Source of the DNA: Candidatus Bathyarchaeota archaeon
Lineage (GTDB): Archaea; Thermoproteota; Bathyarchaeia; Bathyarchaeales; DTEX01
Assembly (NCBI GenBank): GCA_963714275.1
Contig: CAVQNT010000002.1
Location: 800,001 to 864,000, forward strand
Length of the DNA: 64,000 nucleotides
Reading direction: 5' to 3'
A model generated the notes under the pieces. It did not search any database and had not been told where the DNA came from. It saw only the letters and a program-made list of their open reading frames with translations. This document shows, in pieces, positions 1 to 11,105 of this stretch (positions are counted from its first letter, which is position 1; each line of letters begins with the position of its first letter). Both the position numbers and the translations under genes were made by a program.

Positions 1-58
1 GTAAGAAAACATAAATCTCTGTAAAAAGAAAATACTAAGATTATAGAAGGCGAAGGTT

Positions 59-891
59 ATGGCGAAATTAAAAATTGGTTTAGCACTCTGGTCCATCGGG
101 TCAACCGGAACCGAAGACCAGCTAAAGCAAAGGTTAAAGACCGCCGTTGAGATAGGCGTAAAATCAGTGCAGTGCATGGTGTGTTGATAATGGTCCCAAT
201 AGTCCCTGCGTTTTAGACCCAGACCGCTGCGTAGGAGCCAAAAGGCCAGCGATGCGTGAACTCGTCCAATCATACGGCTTAGCGATCAGTGGCTTCTGTG
301 CACAGCTTGAGGGACCAAGCACCCCTGGTCACGGGTGGCCTGGATCAGCTCTCAGCAACCCCCAAGACTTAAAGGAACGAGTAGAAAAGACGAAGAAAAG
401 CCTTAAGCTCGCAGCAGATTTCGGTTCTCCTGTTGTAACCACGCATCCGGGAGAGATTCCAGCAGACAAATCATCCCCAGCTTATAAGACAATGAAAAAA
501 TCCTGCACCGAAATCGCACGTTACGGCGAAGACGTAGGCGGAATCTTCTGCATCGAAACAGGTCAAGAGCCAGCTGAAAATGCTTCGCAGCTTCTTAGAA
601 GATGTTGATTCAAAGGCTTTAATGGTGAACTACGACCCGGCTAACATGCTGAGACATGGTGTTGTCGAAGGAGTGAAGACCCTAGCACCATTGATTGTGC
701 ACACTCACGCTAAGGACGATAATCCTGAGACCAAGCGAGCCACAGTCGGCGAAGGCTTAGTTCCATGGGATGAATACATTGCAACTTTAAGATCTATCGG
801 CTACGATGGCTGGTACGCTCTCGAAGATGAATCGGGCAAAGATGTCATCAATTCTCTGAAACGAGGCAGAGCCTTTCTGGAACGATATTAG
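59..891 (+). CDS. Sugar phosphate isomerase/epimerase (xylose isomerase-like TIM barrel); frameshifted in this sequence
   Basis: ATG at 59 (MAKLKIGLALWS), ORFs 252-608 and 580-891; motifs IETGQE, VNYDPAN, HTHAKD, GYDGWYALE. Confidence 0.8.
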
Positions 892-1142
892 ACTGCTAAA
901 ATGCGGAAATCGCAATAACTATCAATCATGTTCCGATGGGTATTCCGCGAAGTTTCAGAATAACACCAAACTAGAATCTCTAAATTATGTTACCTATTGT
1001 ACAGCATGAAACCTTTTTTGCCATTAATCTATTTCCAGAAAGTTTTTAAATCTCCCTTGTTTAGCATTAACGTCTAAATACACTAATTATAATATTTTCG
1101 TGTGTGTCTGTTTGTTGCGGAAGGTGGTAAGTAACGTTTAAC

Positions 1143-1725
1143 GTGGTTACATTAACGGATTCGGTTCGGATACCTCCAGACAAATTCGGTGGACCCTTAC
1201 AGGACGTGGCGAGGGAACAGCTGAAAATTAGGTACGAAGGCATCATCGACGAGGAGCTCGGCTACGTGATCGCTGTAACCGACATCAACATATCGCCAAT
1301 TGGAAAGATAATCCCCGGCGATGGGGCGACCCACCACAAAGTCACGTTTTCACTTTTAACTTTCTTTCCAAAAATTCAGGAAGTGGTTGAGGGCGAAGTA
1401 GTTGAGGTAGCGGATTTCGGCGCGTTCGTCAGAGTTGGACCCGTGGACGCGTTGATTCACGTTTCACAAATCATGGATGACTTCATATCGTACGACGACA
1501 GGCAAGGAGTCCTCATGGGCAAAGAGTCCAAACGCAAAATTTCCATGGGAGACCACATGCGCGTCCGCACGACCGCTGTCTCGTTGGGGCACGGAGGCAA
1601 GCTTCGGAAAAATAGGCGTGACCGCTCGGCAGCCTTTTTTGGGCAAGCTCGAATGGATCGAAGAGGACAATAAGGGAGCGCAGCCAGCGGTTGAACAAAA
1701 AACCGAAAAACCAACAGAAGCATAG
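1143..1725 (+). CDS. rpoE1: RNA polymerase subunit Rpo7 (RpoE1); frameshift near 1600
   Basis: VRIPP...EVVEGEVVEVADFGAFVRVGPVDALIHVSQIMDD; C-terminus KIGVTARQPFLGKLEWI in the other frame. Confidence 0.95.
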
Positions 1726-1739
1726 GCGGTGTCTGACGT

Positions 1740-1925
1740 ATGGTTATTAAGGCTTGTAGGAACTGTCACTTGGTCACAGAAACAAACGCTTGTCCAGACT
1801 GCAAATCCACGGACCTGAGCGACGACTTCAGCGGCATCGTTGTGATTATTGACCCAGAACGCTCCTCAATCGCCAAAGTCATGGGCATCAAAAAAAGAGG
1901 TCGCTACGCCGTCCGCATAAGGTGA
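1740..1925 (+). CDS. spt4: Transcription elongation factor Spt4 (RpoE2)
   Basis: KACRNCH...CPDC...IIDPERSSIAK...GRYAVRIR; conserved position after rpoE1. Confidence 0.95.
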   Translation: MVIKACRNCHLVTETNACPDCKSTDLSDDFSGIVVIIDPERSSIAKVMGIKKRGRYAVRIR

Positions 1926-2455
1926 TCGGTATCTGGCTTATAACGTCGGAACTTCGCATAGAACTTAAGGCACCTCTGGGTTTGCTTGTTAAAGGCTCTT
2001 CTAAGCGGACGATGGAGAGGTTGAAAAAAATTGTCGACGAAACCAAACCAGCGAAGATCATTGTTGTGGGAGACAGGATTTCGGGGAACCTCATCAAAAG
2101 CGGCTTGTTGCCTGATGTGGCAATTGTTGACAGCAAAATCATGCGGAAGTCCGTTGCACCCTTGAAATTTGACGCGGAAAAAACCTTTAACGTAATCAAC
2201 CCAGCTGGAACCATAACTGATGAAGCCTACCAAACAGTAGGAAAGGCTGTTAATTTTGCTGGTCGGGTAAAAGTCTTAGTGGATGGTGAAGAGGACCTTT
2301 TGACCCTTGCTGCTGTCATATCTGCGCCTGCCGGGTCTATTGTGGTTTACGGTCAGCCGAGAACGGGGATCGTCATTGTCTCGGTTTCTGAGGATTCGAA
2401 GAGAAGATTCCTCGGGATTGTTGACCGAATGGAGTACAAGGATTCAAAAGGTTAA
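1922..2455 (+). CDS. GTP-dependent dephospho-CoA kinase (DUF359 family)
   Basis: LKAPLG, VGD, NPAGTI, VDGEEDLLTL, YGQP motifs; conserved synteny. Confidence 0.9.
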   Translation: MIGIWLITSELRIELKAPLGLLVKGSSKRTMERLKKIVDETKPAKIIVVGDRISGNLIKSGLLPDVAIVDSKIMRKSVAPLKFDAEKTFNVINPAGTITDEAYQTVGKAVNFAGRVKVLVDGEEDLLTLAAVISAPAGSIVVYGQPRTGIVIVSVSEDSKRRFLGIVDRMEYKDSKG

Positions 2456-2490
2456 AGTATGGGAGCTGAATTTCTGAAGATAGTTTAAAG

Positions 2491-2802
2491 GTGAAGGCAG
2501 TGAAGATCGAAATCGTCAACAATCAACGAAACGAGCTTCTCAAAAGAAACGAGGTGAAATTCAGCATTTTACACGAAGAAGGCGGAACACCTTCACGTGT
2601 AGATGTTAGGCAGAAACTTGCCACAAGCTTGGACGCGAACGAGGAAAGAATCTACATAAGCAAATATGGAACGAAGACGGGAAGCATGACCACCGTCGGC
2701 GAAGCCAACGTTTACGACTCAGCTGAACAGGCGAAGATGACCGAGCCAAAATACATAATATTGAGGAACTCGCCGAAGACAGAAAAGAAGGAGCAGCAAT
2801 AA
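2491..2802 (+). CDS. rps24e: 30S ribosomal protein S24e
   Basis: NELLKRNEV, GTPSR, ANVYDS, EPKYII. Confidence 0.95.
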   Translation: MKAVKIEIVNNQRNELLKRNEVKFSILHEEGGTPSRVDVRQKLATSLDANEERIYISKYGTKTGSMTTVGEANVYDSAEQAKMTEPKYIILRNSPKTEKKEQQ

Positions 2803-2803
2803 C

Positions 2804-3007
2804 ATGTCAGAAAAAAGCACGCTGAAAAAGAAAAAGGAAAAACCAGTGTCAGCCTACTACAAGCTTGAAAAAAACGGGTTAGTAAGGATTCTCCCAACCT
2901 GCGACAGGTGCGGTTCAGGCTATTTCATGGCTGACCACAGAGACAGATACTCTTGCGGACACTGCGGCTTCACAAGATTCAAGACTGAAGGCGCCAAAAA
3001 AGAGTAA
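2804..3007 (+). CDS. rps27ae: 30S ribosomal protein S27ae
   Basis: CDRCGSGYFMADHRDRYSCGHCGFT. Confidence 0.95.
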   Translation: MSEKSTLKKKKEKPVSAYYKLEKNGLVRILPTCDRCGSGYFMADHRDRYSCGHCGFTRFKTEGAKKE

Positions 3008-3017
3008 AGTAATGAGT

Positions 3018-3365
3018 TTATTCTTTTCCTGATTCTGAAGCTTGATCATCCGACTTGTCTTCTCTTCCCCATATTGCCACATAGAGCTGGAAGCCAGAAA
3101 GCGCTATCAACAGAACAGACAGCACAATAATGATGTTCTTCACATCGGAATATTGGGACAGATCCTCGAACATTGGAAGAAACATCAGCCACGCATAAAC
3201 CACAAGAAGCAGCGAACATACGGCAGCTATTACGTTGAAAATGTTTATTTTAATCTGAACCAATTTAGGTCTTCCTGTTATAGTTGAGCCTTCGGTCACG
3301 CTATTTTTGGATTCTCGCCTATTAACAGTTTCTTTACGTTTGGAATTATCTTTTATTTTACACAA
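3018..3365 (-). CDS. Hypothetical two-TM membrane protein
   Basis: Two hydrophobic segments; start uncertain. Confidence 0.5.
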   Translation of the reverse strand: MCKIKDNSKRKETVNRRESKNSVTEGSTITGRPKLVQIKINIFNVIAAVCSLLLVVYAWLMFLPMFEDLSQYSDVKNIIIVLSVLLIALSGFQLYVAIWGREDKSDDQASESGKE

Positions 3366-3423
3366 AGCTTATGATTTAACCAGAAAAATATTGAGAAACA
3401 AACAGGTATACAAGGTGGAAAAA

Positions 3424-3919
3424 ATGAAGATTGGATTAATCTCTGACACGCATGACATGCTGCCCCTGATAGAAAAGGCGGTTCAGAAGTTGAACGACGA
3501 AAAGGTTGAACTGGTGCTTCACGCAGGCGATTACAGTGCACCGTTCGCGGCTTTTCGTTTTAAGCCCTTAAAAGCTCAGATGATTGGAGTCTTCGGCAAC
3601 AACGATGCTGAGAAAGAGGTGCTTCAAAAAAATTTTGAGTCAATCGGTAAACAAGTTCGAGGAAAATTCGCAGAGGTTAAGGCAGGCAACTTGAAAATTG
3701 CTTTGCTTCACGGTGAAGAAGTCTGACCTTCTTTCGTCTCTCGTCAACACATCTGCTTACGATGTGGTTGTTCATGGACACACGCATCAGTCTGCAGTCC
3801 GTAAGCAAAACAGGACCTTGATCGTTAATCCGGGCGAAGTATGCGGGTACCTGAGCGAAAAGGCAACAATAGCCTTGTTGGATACGGATTCCATGGAAGT
3901 TGAGCTTGTGCCCTTATGA
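3424..3919 (+). CDS. YfcE/MJ0936-type metallophosphoesterase; frameshift near 3722
   Basis: ISDTHD, HAGD, GNND, LHG, HGHTH, NPGE motifs. Confidence 0.9.
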
Positions 3920-4001
3920 TTTTGACGTTATATTGCATGCTGACCCGATATCTGGTAACCGAGTAAACTTTAAATGGCGCTTTAAATGACGTTTTGCTGC
4001 A

Positions 4002-4764
4002 ATGTCGAAGATAATAGTCAAGTTAGGTCGAAAAACGCTGAGTTTAGCGTTGATTTTCAACTCTGTGATTAGCTTAGCCTCTATAGTCAACATTCTAGTT
4101 GGCGTCTACATCAACACGTACAGTTGGCAGCCTTACTCGCCCTATCTTGTTAATGGGTCGCTGTTCCTGTTCGTGATTGCGACAGCTCGTCCTCAACATT
4201 GTTCCCGCTAAGCTCGTCGGAAAAGTTCACTTGAAAAGAATCCTGTTCCACCACTACGTTTACGGATTCCTTGCCAGCTCAATCTCCCTAACGCTTATGG
4301 CTGTCTTCGCACCTGCCTATATCCTAGTGTTTCTGATGCCTTCCTTGGGGTTCCAAACCATGGGCTTGCAGACGATCACAATCTATTCAGGTCTATTCTT
4401 CGTCTATGGCGGCTTAACCCTTATGATAGACGATATCCACGATGTCTCCATAAGACTCGGCAAAACGCTTGACAGGCTCAAGCTCTGGGCAATCAAGTCC
4501 AGCAAAACCCTTCAGAAAGTGCATTTCATTTCTAGTTTGGCAACCGTCTACATTGCGACTTGCGTCTGTGCGTGGTGCCTAGAAAACGTTCCCACAATAA
4601 TAACTGGATCGCCTTGGTACGTCTCCAACATGGTTCTCGCAGCAAGCCTTTTTATTACGGGCTTTTGGGGGCTGAAAGCAGTCAAGGCGAAATATTGGTT
4701 CACAAAACTATATTCTGATCTTTCCAAAGCGGAAACCACAATGTACAAACAATATGAAGTCTAG
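4002..4764 (+). CDS. Hypothetical polytopic membrane protein; frameshift near 4188
   Basis: Multiple TM segments over two overlapping ORFs; FHHYVYG and IDDIHD motifs. Confidence 0.65.
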
Positions 4765-4775
4765 GCATTGACCCG

Positions 4776-5465
4776 TTAACTCGGTTTTCGCATTTTTCTT
4801 TCAACAGCAGCTTTGTGAGCTTTACGGATTGGTTCAGGAATCCTATAGTTTTTCATGCAGTGTTTCACGATTTCTATTGCTGTCTCTAACGAAATCTTGT
4901 GTCCGATGCTTACATAAACAGGCTTCACGTCGGGTCTCGCGTAGACAGCTGCTCCAACTGTTGAACCTTCATGTATTATGGGTTTCCACCCGTCTGTTTC
5001 TTTGTCAACGATTTCGCCGCAAAGAATGCTTTTTGCTACGCCTATCGTAACTGTGTCAATAATTAGACCGAGGTGGCTGGCAAACCCCAAGTGCCGAGGA
5101 TGGGCGAATCCGTGTCCGTCGACGATAAAAACGTCAGGTTTTATTGAAAGCATGTTTATGGCTGAGACGACGGGAGGAATCTCTCTGAAGGACAGAAACG
5201 TCGGAATGTAGGGGACGCTTACTGCTTGGAAAGATGTTCGCGTTTCCACCGTTTTTAAGGTGTCGTACTCCAGAACCGCTGCAGCGCCAATCGCATGGCT
5301 GTCGGTATAGGCTACGTCGACGCCTCCAACATAGTTTATGCGTTCAGGCAACCAATCTTCACATACTACTTTCTTGGAAAGGGACAGCTGCAGTTTCTTC
5401 GCTTTTTCGACTGAGAAGTCATTAGTGTGAAACAATCTGTTAGGCACCTGAGAAGACACGGTCAT
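4776..5465 (-). CDS. nfi: Endonuclease V
   Basis: GGVDVAY, PYIPTFLSFRE, VDGHGFAHPR, GVAKS, YVSIGH, RIPEPIRKAH. Confidence 0.95.
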   Translation of the reverse strand: MTVSSQVPNRLFHTNDFSVEKAKKLQLSLSKKVVCEDWLPERINYVGGVDVAYTDSHAIGAAAVLEYDTLKTVETRTSFQAVSVPYIPTFLSFREIPPVVSAINMLSIKPDVFIVDGHGFAHPRHLGFASHLGLIIDTVTIGVAKSILCGEIVDKETDGWKPIIHEGSTVGAAVYARPDVKPVYVSIGHKISLETAIEIVKHCMKNYRIPEPIRKAHKAAVERKMRKPS

Positions 5466-5490
5466 TTTTCAAGCAAAAAATATCATGAAT

Positions 5491-7095
5491 CTAGTCTGTG
5501 ATTTCCGCCCTGACTCCGACGAAGATTGGTCCTGTTGTTTCTATTTTCTTTTTTCGGTTCATGATGAACCTTCGAGCTTTGTCACTTACTTTCACGTTTA
5601 TGTCGCTTGGACGCCGAGCCAACCGCACCCAAAGGTCAAAGCTTCCTCGATTGTTTGATACGGCTTCTTCGATTCTTGCTGCTGCCTGTGCAGCTATGCC
5701 GTCGATGTACCTGACCCCTGTTGGGACACCCTTTTCGCGCGTAATTCTCACAATTTCAACGTTGTCCAGCCCTTTCATTGGGACCCCGAGAACGCTGCCG
5801 TTGTAAACAAAAACCTGATTTAAAGCCGCTGCTCCCAACAGCTTCGAATTCTGTTCCTTCTCGTAAAGGTACACTTTCACGAACTTTCCCTGAATTTTGC
5901 CACTATATACCAGAAACTCGCATGGGCTTGGTGCGTCTGCATTGGCAGTCGCGACTTTAAGTATACTTTTAGCTATCTTTTTTCCTTCCTCAGTCTTAGG
6001 TTCCAATTCGTACCCAATTAACTTCGCAATTTCAGCGTCTGAAAGCTCGAATTCCGCAAAGAATTGTGGATAAACCAACCTTCGCATGTCTGCCTCGTTG
6101 TGAAGCAGCATTGCTATCCTTTCGACTCCTATCCCAACATTCAGGACTGGTTCTTCAAGATCGTACCTTACCAAGGCAATCGGGCTGTATATGCCGTAGT
6201 CTACTACTTCGACCCATTTTTTCGAGGCTGAATTAAAGATGAAGCCTTCGTACTCCATGCCCGGAGCGTAGTACTTGGAGGTTACCTTCTTTTTGATAAA
6301 CCTGTACTTGTCGAAGCCAAGCGGTTTCAGCAAGGCCTTAGTAATCTCTTGACCCTCGTTGACATCCACGGCTTCTTTCATGATAACGCAGCTAGCGGAA
6401 TGGTGAACACGGAGGTGAGTGGAATCCTCTCTCTGTTCTCTTCGAAACCTGACGTCGACGGAAAACAATCTCAACGGAAGCTCAGACAATGGGCGAACCG
6501 CCTGAAGCGTCAGGAACCATGATGTGGTCATGTGGGAGCGAAGAGTCAGATTCGAAGCTTCAGGAAGCAACGAAGAGAATTCTGGAAAAACGTCCGAAAT
6601 GACACGCATTGCAACAGTGTCAGAAACTTCGAGAGCTTTAGCCAATTTTTCGACCAGATCATCCGAGTCCACATTGCCTTTCTTGTAGTCCCGCAAAACC
6701 CTCTGAAGATTTGAAACCTTATGTTCGGACAATTCAACTCCTAATTTCATAATCTGCTCGTGTTTGGCTTTACTTAATCCGATATCTGGGCGGGGTAAAG
6801 CAGCCAGATAATAGCAGCGGTCAAGTATGATGGGAGCTTCCGGACCATACTGCTTGAAAATTTCGTTTGCATCCAGAATAACTGGGTTAAAAACTTCCGT
6901 AAAACCCAAATCTAAAAAAGATGTCCTCATTTTTTGGACGAGGTCATAAAACGGGTGGGACCTACCTCTAATTTTTGGTTCAGCCTCCGCATTTTTGGTT
7001 GGTTTCGGAAACAGGTTTGCGCTTTCTCGCCATACGTTTTCGAACCCTTCTTCATCGACTCTTTCCAGAATATCTTTTGGGTTTAACGGGTTCAA
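5491..7095 (-). CDS. sepS: O-phosphoseryl-tRNA(Cys) synthetase (SepRS)
   Basis: KQYGPEAPIILDRCYYLAALPRPDIG, TLRSHMT, FRREQRED, SKYYAPG, GIYSPIAL, NVGIGVER, APSPCEF. Confidence 0.95.
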   Translation of the reverse strand: MNPLNPKDILERVDEEGFENVWRESANLFPKPTKNAEAEPKIRGRSHPFYDLVQKMRTSFLDLGFTEVFNPVILDANEIFKQYGPEAPIILDRCYYLAALPRPDIGLSKAKHEQIMKLGVELSEHKVSNLQRVLRDYKKGNVDSDDLVEKLAKALEVSDTVAMRVISDVFPEFSSLLPEASNLTLRSHMTTSWFLTLQAVRPLSELPLRLFSVDVRFRREQREDSTHLRVHHSASCVIMKEAVDVNEGQEITKALLKPLGFDKYRFIKKKVTSKYYAPGMEYEGFIFNSASKKWVEVVDYGIYSPIALVRYDLEEPVLNVGIGVERIAMLLHNEADMRRLVYPQFFAEFELSDAEIAKLIGYELEPKTEEGKKIAKSILKVATANADAPSPCEFLVYSGKIQGKFVKVYLYEKEQNSKLLGAAALNQVFVYNGSVLGVPMKGLDNVEIVRITREKGVPTGVRYIDGIAAQAAARIEEAVSNNRGSFDLWVRLARRPSDINVKVSDKARRFIMNRKKKIETTGPIFVGVRAEITD

Positions 7096-7799
7096 CCCTT
7101 TCGTTTCTCCTCTAGTCGTTTTTTGAGGTCCTTTATCGAGTTTTCAAGCTGCGTTCTTCGAACCTCAATGGTGACATCACCCCTCGTTGCCTCAAGCACG
7201 TGTCGGGCAACGTCGCATTTCCTTCTGAGTCCCTGAACAACGATGTTGGCTTCATCGAGGTTAATCAACTCAACATATATTGTTTCCATGAGCTCAAGGT
7301 TTTTCTCAGCTTTCCCGACTTCGTTTCTCCTCAGGCAATCCAAAGTCTGGCGTCTGAGCTCCCCAACCACGTCAGCTAAGCCGAGAATATAGGCTGGCAA
7401 TGGAACGCCAATCTCGTTAATGTTTATGAAACGCCCTTCTTTAATCAGGTTAAGAAAAATTTGGGCTTCCGTATATTCCTCGAATGCTGCTTCAACAATT
7501 CCCATATACATGAGTTCAGGATAATTTGCTGTAATTGTAACTAATTTTCTGAACAGTTCCTTTGCTTCTCCAAGTGTTGCTTCGGCATCTTCGAGTTGCT
7601 GTTTGTGGACGTGGAAAATCGCTGTTTTCGACAATCTTGTGCATTTCCGCATAGCTGCCTGAACGTCCTGGCGGACAACGTCCTTCTTTGCCAATTCTTC
7701 CTGAATCTGTTTCAGAATGTTGTTTAGTGACATGGTTTTCACTTTTTTTATGGTACTTCCTTTATGATTTGACAAAGCGTTATATGTACAAATAGTCAT
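7092..7799 (-). CDS. Translin/Trax family protein (start likely ~7733)
   Basis: EEYTEA, YILGLADVVGELRR, LRRKCDVAR. Confidence 0.85.
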   Translation of the reverse strand: MTICTYNALSNHKGSTIKKVKTMSLNNILKQIQEELAKKDVVRQDVQAAMRKCTRLSKTAIFHVHKQQLEDAEATLGEAKELFRKLVTITANYPELMYMGIVEAAFEEYTEAQIFLNLIKEGRFININEIGVPLPAYILGLADVVGELRRQTLDCLRRNEVGKAEKNLELMETIYVELINLDEANIVVQGLRRKCDVARHVLEATRGDVTIEVRRTQLENSIKDLKKRLEEKRKG

Positions 7800-7901
7800 C
7801 CTACAATGGCATTTATCTTTTTTCTTATGTAAGCTCTTTTTTATAAAACTAAATCTGCTACTAAATGAAAGTAAAAAACAATTATTAACAAAAAAATGTT
7901 G

Positions 7902-8390
7902 TTACGTGATTTGTAGTATTTCCGAACCTTTTCTCACAGCAAACCTTATTCTTTCAGCGCATGCATAATCATGAATTTTAGCATAATACTCTTTTATTCC
8001 ATCTGCTGTCTTCAGATCCAGCTTTGTAAGTTCTCTACAGTTCATATAACTGAATTTATTTTTGAATTCCGCGACATATTTGTCAACCATGGTCCAAACA
8101 GGCTGCGGGCTTTGTTCCGAACTTGTTCTCCCATATTTCATACCTATCAACATGGCGATGCTTGAAACACAGCCACATAACAGCCCATTCAACGAGACAC
8201 CGGCACCAATACCTGTTCCTATCCGAGGAATAACCTCAGCTCCTTCACCAATGAAGCCTTTGAAGGCAAGCAGAATGCTTTCACAACAATTAAATGGTCT
8301 TCCAGTCGGAAAATTTTTAGGACGAGTACAGAAATATTCCACAGTCTTATTCCCAAGTTCCTGTGAGGTTGTCATTTTGTTTTCCTCCAT
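7902..8390 (-). CDS. C-GCAxxG-C-C family putative redox protein
   Basis: FNCCES, GAG...LCGC, F...NCREL, C..RI pattern. Confidence 0.8.
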   Translation of the reverse strand: MEENKMTTSQELGNKTVEYFCTRPKNFPTGRPFNCCESILLAFKGFIGEGAEVIPRIGTGIGAGVSLNGLLCGCVSSIAMLIGMKYGRTSSEQSPQPVWTMVDKYVAEFKNKFSYMNCRELTKLDLKTADGIKEYYAKIHDYACAERIRFAVRKGSEILQIT

Positions 8391-9909
8391 TTAAATTTTG
8401 CCTGTCCAGCAGTATAGGCAAATGTCTTCTTCTTTTAAGCCCTTGTTGTTTGGGGCTTCGACCACGGCTTTGACAAGGTCTTCTATAGTCTGGAACTTCA
8501 AGGTTGTGAAGCCGATCTTTTTCCTGATCTCCTCAACCATAGTCAGGTATTCCTGGCTTGTTGAATCCAAGTACTTGCTGATGTCCTCTTCGGTCCTGTC
8601 CATAGCCTTCCAAGTCGCTAAATCCTTAGTCTTGGTTGACAAGTCGTAGACGCATGGGAACATCTGCGGAGGCGAAGCAATCCTGCCGTGAATCTCTTTC
8701 GGACAATAAGGCATGATCTTTTCTCTCAGCAAATCCTGAAGCTGGGTACCCCTTCTTATCGAATCGTCGACTAAAATTATTCTCTTGTCTTGAATCATCT
8801 GAGGGTTAGGAACCTGCTTGAACCGAGCGATCAGATCCCTCTTTTCCTGGATTGGAGGAATGTAGCTTCGACCCCAACCAGGCGTGTACTTTACCAACGG
8901 TCGCCTCAAAGGAATCAACGACTTCAAGGCTTTCTTGACGGTTTCTTCGAGTCTGACTGGCATCAATTTCGCCTTGTTTGAACTGTTCCAACGCGCCATT
9001 GATTTTCTCCTTGGCGAGTTCCATCCTTCTTTTTGCATAACCGACTGAATGCGGAAATCCCGAGTCTGCTATGCCCAACACTATGTCGGCTTCTACTTCG
9101 TCTTTTTCAGCGAGGAACCCCCCGCACCTTTCCCTGACAACCTCAGCGTTCACTCCGTAATAGTCTGACGTTGGGAAGCCAAAGTAAACGTGCAGAAACG
9201 GACAAAACCTTTTCCTGGTTGACGCTTGTGCCCGTGTTTTGGCGCCTAACTCGTCTACGGAAATGATTTCGCGGTGTTCAAGAAACTTTACAACCTCGTA
9301 CCTTAAATTGGGAAACGCGGAAGTTTCGGAAGCTATGGCCCAATCGTTTCCTCTGTTTCCAAGGATAAGCGGGAAAGTATCGCCTGATATATAGATGCTT
9401 TTTTCGTTTTGGGACAGAAGCAGCAGAGAGATGGTTCCGTCGATTTTTTGGTACATGGCTTCGATTCCGTCGACGACGTTCTTTCCTCTGCTTATGAGCT
9501 CACCGATAATCTCGGTCTGGTTCGGAACCGTTTTGCCAGCTTTGATTCTTGAGTTTTTGAATGTGACGCCTTTCTCAATCAGTTCGCTATATAGTGCATC
9601 AGCGTTTCTGATTACGCCAGCAGTGCAGAGGGCGAAGGTTCCAATTTTCGATTCGAACTTGACTGGCTGTTCATCTTCGCTGTCGCTTATGACGCCGATG
9701 CCTAACGTGCCCTGAATCTTCTTGTATTCTTCCTGCATCACAGACTTGAACTGGCTGTTGCTGATGTCGAGAGAAACGAGCTTTATGTCGCCATCTGAAT
9801 AGGCTAAGCCAGCGGTTTCTGTTCCCAGATGCGAGTGATAGTCAACTCCGACGTAAAGGTCTCGGGCAAGATGGTTTTTTGTGACAACGCCGAACAGTCC
9901 GCCAAGCAT
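8391..9909 (-). CDS. purF: Amidophosphoribosyltransferase-like protein lacking the N-terminal Cys; frameshift near 8952
   Basis: DYHSHLG, ASETSAF, PRPP loop LVDDSIRRGTQL, Fe-S Cys motifs FCPF, FPC, CLYCW. Confidence 0.85.
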
Positions 9910-9975
9910 AATTTCACAGCCTTTGAGATAGATGCGTTAAGGAACGTGTATAAACAGTTTTTGCACACGTCTATG

Positions 9976-11022
9976 TTAATGAGCGAAAAAGAAAATTTTA
10001 TCTGTTATCGTGTCCGCCATTTTCTGAGTAGACGAGTTTCCACCCAAATCGTAGGTGCGGACTTTTCCTTCTTTCAGAACTTCCATCACGGCTTTTTCAA
10101 CTAAGCCCGCAGCCTCGGACTCGTTCAGGTAGTCAAGCATCATTTTCGCCGCGAGAATGGTGGCAATAGGATTAACAGTGTTTTTGCCCGCATACTTCGG
10201 CGCAGAACCGTGAACGGGTTCGAACATGCCGTAGCTGCTGCCTACGTTCGCTCCAGCTGCAAAGCCAAGCCCTCCTACGAGCTGGGCTGCCTCGTCCGAG
10301 AGGATGTCCCCAAAAAGGTTAGTTGTGACGATGACGTCGAACTTTTCTGGTTCTTTCACAAGCCTCATCGCCATCGCGTCAACGTGAACCTCGTCCACCG
10401 TTATCGAAGAAAATTTCTCTGCAACCTTCATCACAGCGGTGACGAAAATTCCGTCTGTCACACGCAAAATGTTCCTCTTGTGGACGCATGTTACGTGTTG
10501 CTTACGTTTTTGAGCCAGCTCGAACGCAAGTTTCGCTATTCTTTCAGAAGCCTGCTGAGTTACAATGCGTAAGGCAACTCCTTTTCCCGGCGCCACCGTG
10601 AACTCCTGTCCAGAGTAGAGGCCTTCAGTGTTTTCTCTGAGCACGATGAGGTCGATGTTTGGCTTGAGGGCTGGGACGCCTGGCAGGCTTTTACACGGTC
10701 TCACGTTGGCGTAGAGGTTGAAGGCTTTCCTAATCGTCACCGCAGCGCTTGGAGGCGCACCTGCTTCTTCGAGGGTCGTCATAGGTCCCTTCAGGCACGC
10801 GTCAGTCTGCCTCAGCATGTCAAAGGTCCTCTGCGGAACGTTGGTGCCGTGTTTTTCGATGCAGTTGAGGCCTGCTTCGCCGAACGTAAAAATGAGCCTC
10901 AGATTTTTTGTTGCCTTCTGAACGGCTTTCAAAACTTTTAGTGCGGCTTCTGTGACTTCGGGTCCGATTCCGTCTCCCGGCAACACGGCGATTCGGTGGG
11001 CTTTGCTCAACGGGTTTTTCAC
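9976..11022 (-). CDS. Isocitrate/isopropylmalate dehydrogenase family (LeuB/AksF-like)
   Basis: LPGDGIGPEV, LYANVRP, RENTEGLY, NLFGDILSD, FEPVHGSAP. Confidence 0.9.
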   Translation of the reverse strand: MKNPLSKAHRIAVLPGDGIGPEVTEAALKVLKAVQKATKNLRLIFTFGEAGLNCIEKHGTNVPQRTFDMLRQTDACLKGPMTTLEEAGAPPSAAVTIRKAFNLYANVRPCKSLPGVPALKPNIDLIVLRENTEGLYSGQEFTVAPGKGVALRIVTQQASERIAKLAFELAQKRKQHVTCVHKRNILRVTDGIFVTAVMKVAEKFSSITVDEVHVDAMAMRLVKEPEKFDVIVTTNLFGDILSDEAAQLVGGLGFAAGANVGSSYGMFEPVHGSAPKYAGKNTVNPIATILAAKMMLDYLNESEAAGLVEKAVMEVLKEGKVRTYDLGGNSSTQKMADTITDKIFFFAH

Positions 11023-11105
11023 CTGTTTTGCTTCTCGGTTCCTAAGCAGACTAGTCTTTCTTTGGTGGTTATTTATGTTTTGTCAGCCACGGATTGCGTG
11101 AGCCA

